Assembly: GCA_944325615.1 (NCBI GenBank)
Contig: CALVAU010000049.1
Span: 1 to 34,811 of the forward strand
Length of the DNA: 34,811 nt
Reading direction: 5' to 3'
Source of the DNA: Candidatus Gastranaerophilales bacterium
GTDB taxonomy: Bacteria > Cyanobacteriota > Vampirovibrionia > Gastranaerophilales > Gastranaerophilaceae
Translations under genes and position numbers: made by a program
Shown: piece by piece, positions 24,453-32,278 of the stretch
How the letters are laid out: every line of letters starts with the position of its first letter
How positions within the stretch are numbered: position 1 is the stretch's first letter
The notes under the pieces: model-generated
The model's database searches: none
What the model was told of the DNA's origin: nothing
The model's input: the letters and a program-made list of their open reading frames with translations, nothing else

Positions 24453-27200
24453 ATGTTAGTAGGAAAAATTCAACAACCGATACAACCAAAGTTTAAAGAC
24501 AAAGGTGAGGTATCTCAAAAGCAGGTGCCCTTAATACAATCGTCAGTTTCCGAGCACATGTCCTCAAATTCAAGTTTAAATAAGAGTCCTTTAAAAACGA
24601 ATTCAAATGAGTTAGCTTTTAAAGGCTCTTTTTTTAGTCTGTATAAAGAGGTCGGAAAAACTGATATTAATAAATTTTTAAAAGAGATGGATGAGCCGCT
24701 GGACGGCATGGTAAGACATCTTTATGATGCGGTTATTAAATCAAACCTCGTGAAAACCGAAGGTAATACAGTCATCGTTTCTAAAAAGACCATTCCTGCT
24801 CTTATCGGGAATGGTTTTTCAGATCCGTTCTTAAAATTTCCGGGTGATATTTTGAACGGAGTAGTTGAAGGACTTGGACATATAAAACCGCTTCAGGGCT
24901 GGGCTGAAAAAACTCTTGAGCAGCCAATGTTCAAAAAAATCAGGCAGCGTTCAAAAATTGATTATGAAGTAAATGCCTTTCAAGGACTTCTTGATTTCAA
25001 AAAAATGACTTTGAGTGATGCTTTAAAAAACGAAGCTCAAAAGTTGGGTGTCAAAGTTGAAGAATTATCGGATGAGGTGAAAGCAAAAGTAGAACAGGAT
25101 GTAGATAAAAATATGCAATGGCATATTTTCCAACGTTCTATGAAACCTTTTGATTCAAAAGTAGGTAATTATGATACAAAACATGAAAGAGCTTTGAACA
25201 GATTAGTTTCAGGGCTTCCACCAGCTATATTTTTGGCAAATGATGCTTATAACTTATCTCGTATGATGGATGACAATCCGAATGAAGCTAAAAAAGAAAG
25301 ACGCACAAGGTTCAAACAAGAAGTTTCAAGAATTTTGATGAGTGGTTATTTAACTTTAATCACAATGGGTGCGTTAAGCAAGCTTATAAATAATTCCAAA
25401 ATGGGTATTATGTTGAATACAGGAATAACAGTTCTGTTTACCGAAATGTATTCACGTTTACGCAACGGAAAATATGTAACAAAATTAACTCCTGAACAGG
25501 CAAGAAGAATTAATGAAAAAAATCATGCTCCTGAAGCTGCAATTAAGCCTGAAAAGTTAAGTTTTAAATCAAATTCAGAAAAAACAAATTCAAAGGAAAA
25601 AACTCAAAAACCGCTATTATCTTTTGATACGCTTGTTAAAGCAAGTTTAGCATCAATTGCAATAGGATTTTCATTGAAAGGCTTGAGAAAGATTCCGAAA
25701 GTTGATGCTGCGTTTGAGGCATTCTTCAAACCTTTTAATAAATTTTATAAAAATATTGCAGAAATTTCTGATTACAAAGTTTCGCAAGATAAAATTGATG
25801 AAGTAGCAAATGTATTGATTGATCAAGGTTTCAAAACTAGAGGTAATCAATATAAACAGGTTGCAATTCGTTCAAGAGAACTTGTAGTAGAAAAAGTGAT
25901 GAATGAGTTAAACAAAACGATTGATATCAAATCTATAAATAATTTCTTGAGTAATCTTGAGAAAAAAGATGTTCATTCGGAAGTTCTTAAAAAGAATTTA
26001 AGTTCATTAATAGCTATTTTAGAAAAGAATGAATATAAAGATTTGGTATCAAAGTATCGCTATAAAACGATTTCAAGCTTAAAAAATGATACTGCACTAA
26101 AAACTGAGCTTTTGAAAGTTAAAGATGAGTTACAGAACATAGGGCAAGCTAACAGTCAGTTAATTGAAAAAATTAATAAGAACGGCTTGAATAAAATTTC
26201 AGATAGTGATTTTGAAACTGAAATTAAAAAAGCTCTTGAAAAAGTAGGAGATAAAGACGGTAAATTATTTAATGATTATTCAGATGCTCTGAAAGGACTT
26301 GTAAATTTCGGAGTAAGAGATAAAAAAGTAAAACCATTCGTAAACTTTGTAATTACACCATTCTCATTTATGTGGAGTGTTGTTAAATTCCCATATAAAA
26401 TCGCAAATGGTATTGCTGAATTATTTATGAAAAAGCCTCCGAAATCTCAAAAATCAATGGATGCTTTGAATATGGAAGCAGTTTCAAAGAGTTTTGATAA
26501 AATATACGAGCAAGTTGGAAAATACAAAAAAGCTATAGCAAGTACAAATGATCCAGCTATGAAACAAAAATATTGTAAGAAATTCCAAGACTTTGTAATG
26601 GATAATACTTTGAAAGCTTTCAATGTAAATACAATGTCAAATTTATCAAACAGTGATCTTTCAAATCTTGCAAAAACTGCAGCAACAGCCTCTACAATTT
26701 GGTTCTTGATGACGGATAACTACAACATGGTTATGTTGAAATCAAACGGTAACGATGTAGAAGGCGCTGAAACTAAATTTAAAGAAAGATTTGTCCAAGA
26801 AGGTTCAAGACTATTCTATCAGACAATGTTGATTGACTTATTCAACAAAACATTCCAAAAACAATACCATAGTTCATTGATGGGTATGAGTTGGATTACA
26901 TTGACTAATACAACAATCGGTGAATGGCTGACAAGAAAATCAGTAGGTGTTCCGATTGGAATGCATACAAGAAATGAATTGTTGAAGTTGGAAGAAGAAC
27001 AAAACAATGCAACTGGTTTCAAAAGAGATTACTATCAATTTATGAAACGCTTAACAGGTAAACGTTCAATCCAATCTTATAATGTAAGTAATAAAAATAT
27101 TGATACTCAAACAAACCAAATTGCTTCAACAACAACTCAACCAAAGTCTGAATTGAATTTTACAAACAGCCATACATTCAATAAAATGATTAAAGGTTAA
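24453..27200 (+). CDS. 915-aa uncharacterised membrane-associated protein with an internal duplication
   Basis: GGAAGGA SD and one long uninterrupted ORF. There are two related hydrophobic modules (about 25224-25470 and 26694-26945). I recognise no family motif. Confidence 0.75.
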   Translation: MLVGKIQQPIQPKFKDKGEVSQKQVPLIQSSVSEHMSSNSSLNKSPLKTNSNELAFKGSFFSLYKEVGKTDINKFLKEMDEPLDGMVRHLYDAVIKSNLVKTEGNTVIVSKKTIPALIGNGFSDPFLKFPGDILNGVVEGLGHIKPLQGWAEKTLEQPMFKKIRQRSKIDYEVNAFQGLLDFKKMTLSDALKNEAQKLGVKVEELSDEVKAKVEQDVDKNMQWHIFQRSMKPFDSKVGNYDTKHERALNRLVSGLPPAIFLANDAYNLSRMMDDNPNEAKKERRTRFKQEVSRILMSGYLTLITMGALSKLINNSKMGIMLNTGITVLFTEMYSRLRNGKYVTKLTPEQARRINEKNHAPEAAIKPEKLSFKSNSEKTNSKEKTQKPLLSFDTLVKASLASIAIGFSLKGLRKIPKVDAAFEAFFKPFNKFYKNIAEISDYKVSQDKIDEVANVLIDQGFKTRGNQYKQVAIRSRELVVEKVMNELNKTIDIKSINNFLSNLEKKDVHSEVLKKNLSSLIAILEKNEYKDLVSKYRYKTISSLKNDTALKTELLKVKDELQNIGQANSQLIEKINKNGLNKISDSDFETEIKKALEKVGDKDGKLFNDYSDALKGLVNFGVRDKKVKPFVNFVITPFSFMWSVVKFPYKIANGIAELFMKKPPKSQKSMDALNMEAVSKSFDKIYEQVGKYKKAIASTNDPAMKQKYCKKFQDFVMDNTLKAFNVNTMSNLSNSDLSNLAKTAATASTIWFLMTDNYNMVMLKSNGNDVEGAETKFKERFVQEGSRLFYQTMLIDLFNKTFQKQYHSSLMGMSWITLTNTTIGEWLTRKSVGVPIGMHTRNELLKLEEEQNNATGFKRDYYQFMKRLTGKRSIQSYNVSNKNIDTQTNQIASTTTQPKSELNFTNSHTFNKMIKG

Positions 27201-27399
27201 TTTGATTATATTCAATATGATAACCTGTTTTAGAAAAATTCTTTAACAGGTTATCTTTTTTCCACCAGAAAAATCCGATTACTAATGCTGCGATTAGTAT
27301 TATTGTAAAAAGTATTTTGGTAACTACTTTTAAAATTTTACCGATAATTATAATTGCTATAATGATAGCAAGTCCGATTAAAATAATTGTTAAATCCAT
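27190..27399 (-). CDS. small two-TM membrane protein (69 aa)
   Basis: TAATG overlap with the plsY stop. Two hydrophobic helices are present. The C-terminal 20 codons run through the convergent gene's terminator, so the true 3' end and expression are uncertain. Confidence 0.45.
   Translation of the reverse strand: MDLTIILIGLAIIIAIIIIGKILKVVTKILFTIILIAALVIGFFWWKKDNLLKNFSKTGYHIEYNQINL
27219..27261 (+). terminator. intrinsic terminator of the 915-aa gene
   Basis: 11-bp stem GATAACCTGTT (27219-27229) pairs with AACAGGTTATC (27245-27255), followed by T6. Confidence 0.8.
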
Positions 27400-28007
27400 T
27401 ATTGTCTCACTTTGTTTTCTTCACCTTTAATAAGTCTTTGAATGTTAGATCTGTGAAGATATATTATATAAATAGCACCTAATGCGCAATAGGCAATGTA
27501 TGCAATAGGTTGATTAAATAAATACATAAGAATTGGAGAAAGTGCAAGTGCTATTATTGAACCAAGTGAAACATATTTTGATGTGTATGTGATGATACCC
27601 CAAATCGCTGCAATAATAAGTCCTACAATCCAGTTAAGGGCAAGAATTGTACCAACGCCTGAAGCTACAGATTTTCCGCCTGTAAATTTTAAAAATATAG
27701 ATTTACTATGTCCTAAAATCACCGCAACAGCAGCAAGCACAGGTAAAAGCCCAATTCCTGTAAATGTTGTTGCAAAAAGTTTTGCTAAAATAACAGGCAA
27801 AGCACCCTTAAAAGCATCAAGAAGAAGGGTTATGAAAAACCACTTTTTCCCCATCACTCTTTTTACGTTAGTAGCTCCTGTAGATCCTGAGCCGATTGTT
27901 CTAATGTCTTGACCTGTTGCAAGTTTAACTATTATATACCCTGTCGGGATAGAACCTATTATGTATGCACCTAATATTACAGCTATTAATTCAATATAAT
28001 TTTCCAT
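27399..28007 (-). CDS. plsY: glycerol-3-phosphate acyltransferase PlsY
   Basis: GSGSTGATNVKRVMG plus multiple TM helices. The ATG at 28007 (MENYIEL) is preceded by AAGGAG. Confidence 0.9.
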   Translation of the reverse strand: MENYIELIAVILGAYIIGSIPTGYIIVKLATGQDIRTIGSGSTGATNVKRVMGKKWFFITLLLDAFKGALPVILAKLFATTFTGIGLLPVLAAVAVILGHSKSIFLKFTGGKSVASGVGTILALNWIVGLIIAAIWGIITYTSKYVSLGSIIALALSPILMYLFNQPIAYIAYCALGAIYIIYLHRSNIQRLIKGEENKVRQ

Positions 28008-28081
28008 AAAATTCTCCTTTATAAAACCGATTTTAGCATAATTGATAAAAAAAGTCATATTGTTAAAATTACACTAAAAGA

Positions 28082-28110
28082 TTGATTTAAAGGGGGCGAT
28101 ATGATAATAT
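28082..28110 (+). promoter_or_regulatory. sigma70-type promoter with an extended -10, upstream of the vWA operon
   Basis: TTGATT (28082-28087), a 17-nt spacer ending in TGa, then TAATAT (28105-28110). Confidence 0.5.
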
Positions 28111-28146
28111 TATATTAAAATGATATATTAGTAGAATGAGAGAGTT

Positions 28147-28818
28147 ATGAATAATAAAAGATTAATCACAATTGGAATTTTAATAGTTGCATTATCAGTA
28201 GTGGGTAAATTGTTATGGTCAGCAATGTCCAGAGTTAAAGTAGATGATTTTAAACCAGCTGCTGTTATGTTTTTAGTAGATTCTTCAGCTTCAAATCAAA
28301 AAGCTTTGGATGATCAGAAGAAAACTCTGAGACAAATCTGTAATCTTCTTGATCCTGAAGATCAAATAAAAATCTTAAGAGTATCAGAAGATGCTTATTT
28401 AATTTATGAAGGTACACCATTTAACGGTTCAGGCATAACAAAAGCTTTAGATGCTTTTACTGCTTATGATAGTAAGGACTATGGCACCGCTTATGGTATT
28501 GCATTGAAAAAAGGTTTCAATCACGCTCTAGCAATGCAAAAAGAAGGTTATACTCCTGCAATAGTCGTATTGGGAGATTTGGAAAATGAAGGTGCGGTAG
28601 AAAAACAGATAAATTGGGAATTATTACCTAAGAACGTTGAAAATGCAAAACAATATATGCCGGGTCTTGCTATGATGTTTTTGTATGCTCATCCTGAAAA
28701 ATTAGATATGGTGAAGGAAAAACTAAATCCGGTATTGGGTGAAAAACAGCTTATAGTTTCACCGGAACAAAATACTGACAAAGCAATCAGACAGTTTATT
28801 CACGCTTTGGGCAGATAA
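28147..28818 (+). CDS. membrane-anchored von Willebrand factor A (vWA) domain protein
   Basis: N-terminal TM helix ITIGILIVALSVVGKLLW. MIDAS positions are present: VDSSAS (DxSxS), YGTAYG (Thr) and VVLGDLENEG (Asp). Alternating beta/alpha pattern. Confidence 0.7.
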   Translation: MNNKRLITIGILIVALSVVGKLLWSAMSRVKVDDFKPAAVMFLVDSSASNQKALDDQKKTLRQICNLLDPEDQIKILRVSEDAYLIYEGTPFNGSGITKALDAFTAYDSKDYGTAYGIALKKGFNHALAMQKEGYTPAIVVLGDLENEGAVEKQINWELLPKNVENAKQYMPGLAMMFLYAHPEKLDMVKEKLNPVLGEKQLIVSPEQNTDKAIRQFIHALGR

Positions 28819-28859
28819 GATAAAAATAATTTTATATTACAAAACATGAGGAAATTTTT

Positions 28860-30470
28860 ATGACAATTGTTGTATCATCTTCAAAACAAGAAAAGGTATT
28901 TGATGAAAAAGATGTGATAAATATTGGTACAAATCCAAATTGTGACTTTTTGTTGGAATTGGATTTTGATCTGTTATTAACTCTTCAATATGACAAAAAT
29001 GAAAATAAATGTGTTTTGATTAACACTTTCCATAGTGATAAAGTTCTTTTCAAAGGCCAACCTATTAAGAAAGTTGAAATCGGAAATATTTGTAAAATAA
29101 TGTTTGCGAACAGCAATGAGTTTTTGAATATCAAAATTCTTGATAATGTACCGGTTAAGAAGACTGTATCAACAATTGCTAAAGAAGATTTGACCGAAGA
29201 AGATATGAAAAAACTTTGTGGTAACGATCCAAATGCCGTTACAAGATTAAAGCTTGAAAAACAAAGAGCAGATATTGAAGGTATGCGAGTTGCAATTATA
29301 AAACAAGTTGCTTTTCAAATTAATGATTTGAAAAACAAAATTGGTTCTAATACAAGAACTAATGTGTTTTTGCATTTTGCCATGGCAATAAGCTCAATTT
29401 TATGTGCATTTGGTCTTGCTAACTATTTGATGGGCTTATCAATTAAAGAATCTGCAAATTATCTGCATATGCCAACAAATATAAAAGTTTGGGTTGCATA
29501 TTCTATACTTGTTTTTGGTGCAGCGTTGCTATTGAAACAAGGAGTTTACTTGTTCTTGCAAAGTTCAAATGATAAAAATATTTCACCAACAGCAAAATTT
29601 GCGCAAGGATTTATGGTTGTTTTATCACTTATATTTATGTTGGGTATTTATGTTGTAAACCTTGTATATTATATGAATTTAAGTGATTTTATGACATTTG
29701 CTGTATTTGTTTCATTGTTCTTCTCAGGACTTTTAACAGCATTGTCTTTAGGCTGCGGATATTTCAAACATACTTCAGGTGAATGGGCTGTAACACTTAA
29801 TAAATATGAATACCGTGAAGATTTTGAAGCGGTATTGAAATCATACAGACAATGGATTGAAAGATATATAAACAGTTTTTCAAAAACAAAAATTCAAAAT
29901 ATAAAAGATAGAATATTTAACTTACAATTAAAATCAATAACGGAAGTTGTAGTTGGTATTTTAACAGCACCATTCTTAGCTTATGGTGTGTCAAACACTC
30001 TTGCAATGTGTTTCCCTGAAGCTGCAGGTTGGATAAGAATTTCAGGATTAAGATTTTCACCTGTGTTCTTGGTATTAGCAACATTTTTGATTATCTTTGC
30101 ATTTTTCTCATTCGTTGCAGCTTTTACAGCTACCAAAAAAATTCAAGCTTCTCAGGTAATCAAACAAGATGGTTTTAGCGATTACAGACAACACGGTGTA
30201 AGTATTTTTGGTCTAGAGGGTACAAGAAAGCTTGAGTCAGATAGAAGAAGATCTTTATTTATCGGATGTTCAATAATTTTCATTGAATTTACAATGAACA
30301 TATCATATTTTGCAACAGAAATCGGTGGAGATTTACAAGGTTTGTTTTTAAGCTTTGTAGCAGCTCTTGTACCGACAGCGCTTTTGATTGCTGAAACATT
30401 TATGCTTTCTCAAACAATGTTTGATGTATATGCAAGTGATGAGTTAATTGCAAAACTTGATAAAGATTAG
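28860..30470 (+). CDS. FHA-like N-terminal domain fused to an ~8-TM membrane domain
   Basis: GAGGA SD. The N-terminal ~95 aa has FHA-like strand spacing (VINIGTNPNCDFLL...VLINTFHSDKVLFKGQPI...IGNICKIMF) but lacks the conserved R/S/H/N residues. Eight hydrophobic helices lie between residues ~165 and 520. Confidence 0.6.
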   Translation: MTIVVSSSKQEKVFDEKDVINIGTNPNCDFLLELDFDLLLTLQYDKNENKCVLINTFHSDKVLFKGQPIKKVEIGNICKIMFANSNEFLNIKILDNVPVKKTVSTIAKEDLTEEDMKKLCGNDPNAVTRLKLEKQRADIEGMRVAIIKQVAFQINDLKNKIGSNTRTNVFLHFAMAISSILCAFGLANYLMGLSIKESANYLHMPTNIKVWVAYSILVFGAALLLKQGVYLFLQSSNDKNISPTAKFAQGFMVVLSLIFMLGIYVVNLVYYMNLSDFMTFAVFVSLFFSGLLTALSLGCGYFKHTSGEWAVTLNKYEYREDFEAVLKSYRQWIERYINSFSKTKIQNIKDRIFNLQLKSITEVVVGILTAPFLAYGVSNTLAMCFPEAAGWIRISGLRFSPVFLVLATFLIIFAFFSFVAAFTATKKIQASQVIKQDGFSDYRQHGVSIFGLEGTRKLESDRRRSLFIGCSIIFIEFTMNISYFATEIGGDLQGLFLSFVAALVPTALLIAETFMLSQTMFDVYASDELIAKLDKD

Positions 30471-30482
30471 AAATGATGCGAA

Positions 30483-31379
30483 ATGAAACGGTTGAAAGGT
30501 TTTATAGTATTTTTATATATCTTTTTAACAGTACTGGTGTTAATAATACATCCAGTAATGCATAAGCCTGTTTCGCTTGAAAGTATGAATTTTAAAATTC
30601 AAGATCAGTTGATGAACCCACAACCTAGAGTAGTTTCGGATTTTGAGGTAAAAGTAAAGTTTACTGTAACTCATAAAAATGTTGCAAAAGCTCCTGATAA
30701 AACCATACATATCAAACCGGATGATGATAAACGGCTCTCATTTGATATAAATTCCTCTACTCAGGAAATTCAGCAGACTGATATTGAGTTAGAGGACAAT
30801 TCTTCATACAGTACATCTGAAATAGATATGAATATGGAAGATCAAAGTTCGTATCAGGAACAAAATGTAAACTTCTCTGATCAGGAGATGCTTTTTACGG
30901 ATCAAGATTTGAAAATCGCGGATATGGACCGTCCGACAGCAGGGCGAGACATAACAATGGAAATTCCTGAGGACAATGTTGAGCTCAAAGATAGTGATGA
31001 AGTCGGAAATCGTAAGTTTAAAGGTTCAAGAGAAGAGGTAATTGCATGGAATGTATGGCGCAGTAATCTTCAAAATAGAATAATGGATGAATCAGCTATA
31101 GAAGCTCCTGTCGGTACGTTGATATTGTTTAGTTTTGATGTCTCAGAGACCGGTAAAATTACAAATTTAAGCTACACTTGTTCAAGTAAAAAATATGCGG
31201 TTGCAGCAAAAGCTGATATGGTCAGTATATTAAAAAGACTGGAAGGGGATTCTGTACTTAATTTCCCTGATAATACAAAACGAAAAAAAGTAAGATTTAA
31301 AGGCGGATTTTTATTAGATTATTCAACTCAATATTCTTCACCTGAAGATTATTCAGATTATGAAAGGGTTAGATTATGA
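30483..31379 (+). CDS. TM-anchored protein with an acidic spacer and a TonB_C-like C-terminal domain
   Basis: TM helix FIVFLYIFLTVLVLIIHPV. EDNSSY/EDQSSY low-complexity region. The C-terminus W..WRSNLQNRI...GTLILFSFDVSETGKITNL...AVAAKADMVSIL...P follows the TonB_C pattern. Confidence 0.6.
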   Translation: MKRLKGFIVFLYIFLTVLVLIIHPVMHKPVSLESMNFKIQDQLMNPQPRVVSDFEVKVKFTVTHKNVAKAPDKTIHIKPDDDKRLSFDINSSTQEIQQTDIELEDNSSYSTSEIDMNMEDQSSYQEQNVNFSDQEMLFTDQDLKIADMDRPTAGRDITMEIPEDNVELKDSDEVGNRKFKGSREEVIAWNVWRSNLQNRIMDESAIEAPVGTLILFSFDVSETGKITNLSYTCSSKKYAVAAKADMVSILKRLEGDSVLNFPDNTKRKKVRFKGGFLLDYSTQYSSPEDYSDYERVRL

Positions 31380-31522
31380 TGAATAAAAAAACATTTCTGG
31401 TTACTGCAGTTGCAGTTCTCGCAGTGGCTATGCTATGTACAACATTTATAATTACAGGGCTAAAACCGCAGATGCATAAATCATTTATGCTGGAAATTAT
31501 AAATGTGAAAATTAAAAAATAA
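31376..31522 (+). CDS. 48-aa single-pass membrane protein, absent from the ORF track
   Basis: ATGA overlap with the upstream stop. My hand translation gives MMNKKTFLVTAVAVLAVAMLCTTFIITGLKPQMHKSFMLEIINVKIKK. Confidence 0.5.
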   Translation: MMNKKTFLVTAVAVLAVAMLCTTFIITGLKPQMHKSFMLEIINVKIKK

Positions 31523-31524
31523 TA

Positions 31525-31533
31525 TGGTATAAT
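31525..31533 (+). promoter_or_regulatory. extended -10 element (TGgTATAAT) 10 nt upstream of the ATG at 31544
   Basis: TGGTATAAT at 31525-31533. No SD lies between it and the ATG, which implies a nearly leaderless transcript if the element is active. Confidence 0.3.
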
Positions 31534-31543
31534 AAATTCAGAT

Positions 31544-32194
31544 ATGTATAGATGTAAAGAATGTAAAAGTTTATATAAAGAAAAAATAGATTATTGTGAT
31601 TGCGGAAATAATGTATTTGAAGAAATTCCGGATGCTCCGATAAATCCAATAAAAGAAACTTCTGATGATAGAGAAGTTGAACTAAGACGACCGATTTTAC
31701 CTGTAAATTGGTTGTCATTGATAGTATTTTCATTGTGTTGTATTTTTTCTTTGTGTTTTATATTATTTTTAGGACCTGAGCCAAAGAAAAAAGAGAAAAC
31801 CCCGACTACAAAAGAAAAAGTAGTAGTAAAAGATATTCCTGATATTGATAAAATTTGGGATGATACACCTGCATATAAGGTTAGTTCAAGTTCAGTTTCA
31901 GATTTAGATATGTATAAAAGCGGTCTAAGAAACGCTCTAATGGCTAATCTTGATACTATTGCAATTGCGGGTGAGGGTACTTGTGAAATTCAGTTCTTTT
32001 TGGATGATCATGGTAATTTGAAAAAGAAAAAGCTTTATCAAAATACTGCCAATAAACCTTTAACTAATGCCGTTAAAAAAATGCTATCTGCAGTAAAAAA
32101 ATATAATCCGCCACCACAAGGTTATGAAGGTTCTACAATAATAATGGAAGTCATCGGTAGTGGTGAAAATTATCAATTACGTTACAAAAATTAA
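31544..32194 (+). CDS. zinc-ribbon / TM / TonB_C-like domain protein
   Basis: CKEC-x10-CDC at the N-terminus. TM helix LSLIVFSLCCIFSLCFILFLG. PEPKKKEKTPTTKEK linker. The C-terminus YKSGLRNALMANL...GTCEIQFFLDDHGNL...NAVKKML...P is TonB_C-like. Confidence 0.6.
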   Translation: MYRCKECKSLYKEKIDYCDCGNNVFEEIPDAPINPIKETSDDREVELRRPILPVNWLSLIVFSLCCIFSLCFILFLGPEPKKKEKTPTTKEKVVVKDIPDIDKIWDDTPAYKVSSSSVSDLDMYKSGLRNALMANLDTIAIAGEGTCEIQFFLDDHGNLKKKKLYQNTANKPLTNAVKKMLSAVKKYNPPPQGYEGSTIIMEVIGSGENYQLRYKN

Positions 32195-32278
32195 TTTTTG
32201 TAATTATTGTATATTTTTGTAAACTGTATTCATTGCGAAATTAAAGAATATTTCAGCAATATCCGAATACTTTTTTGT

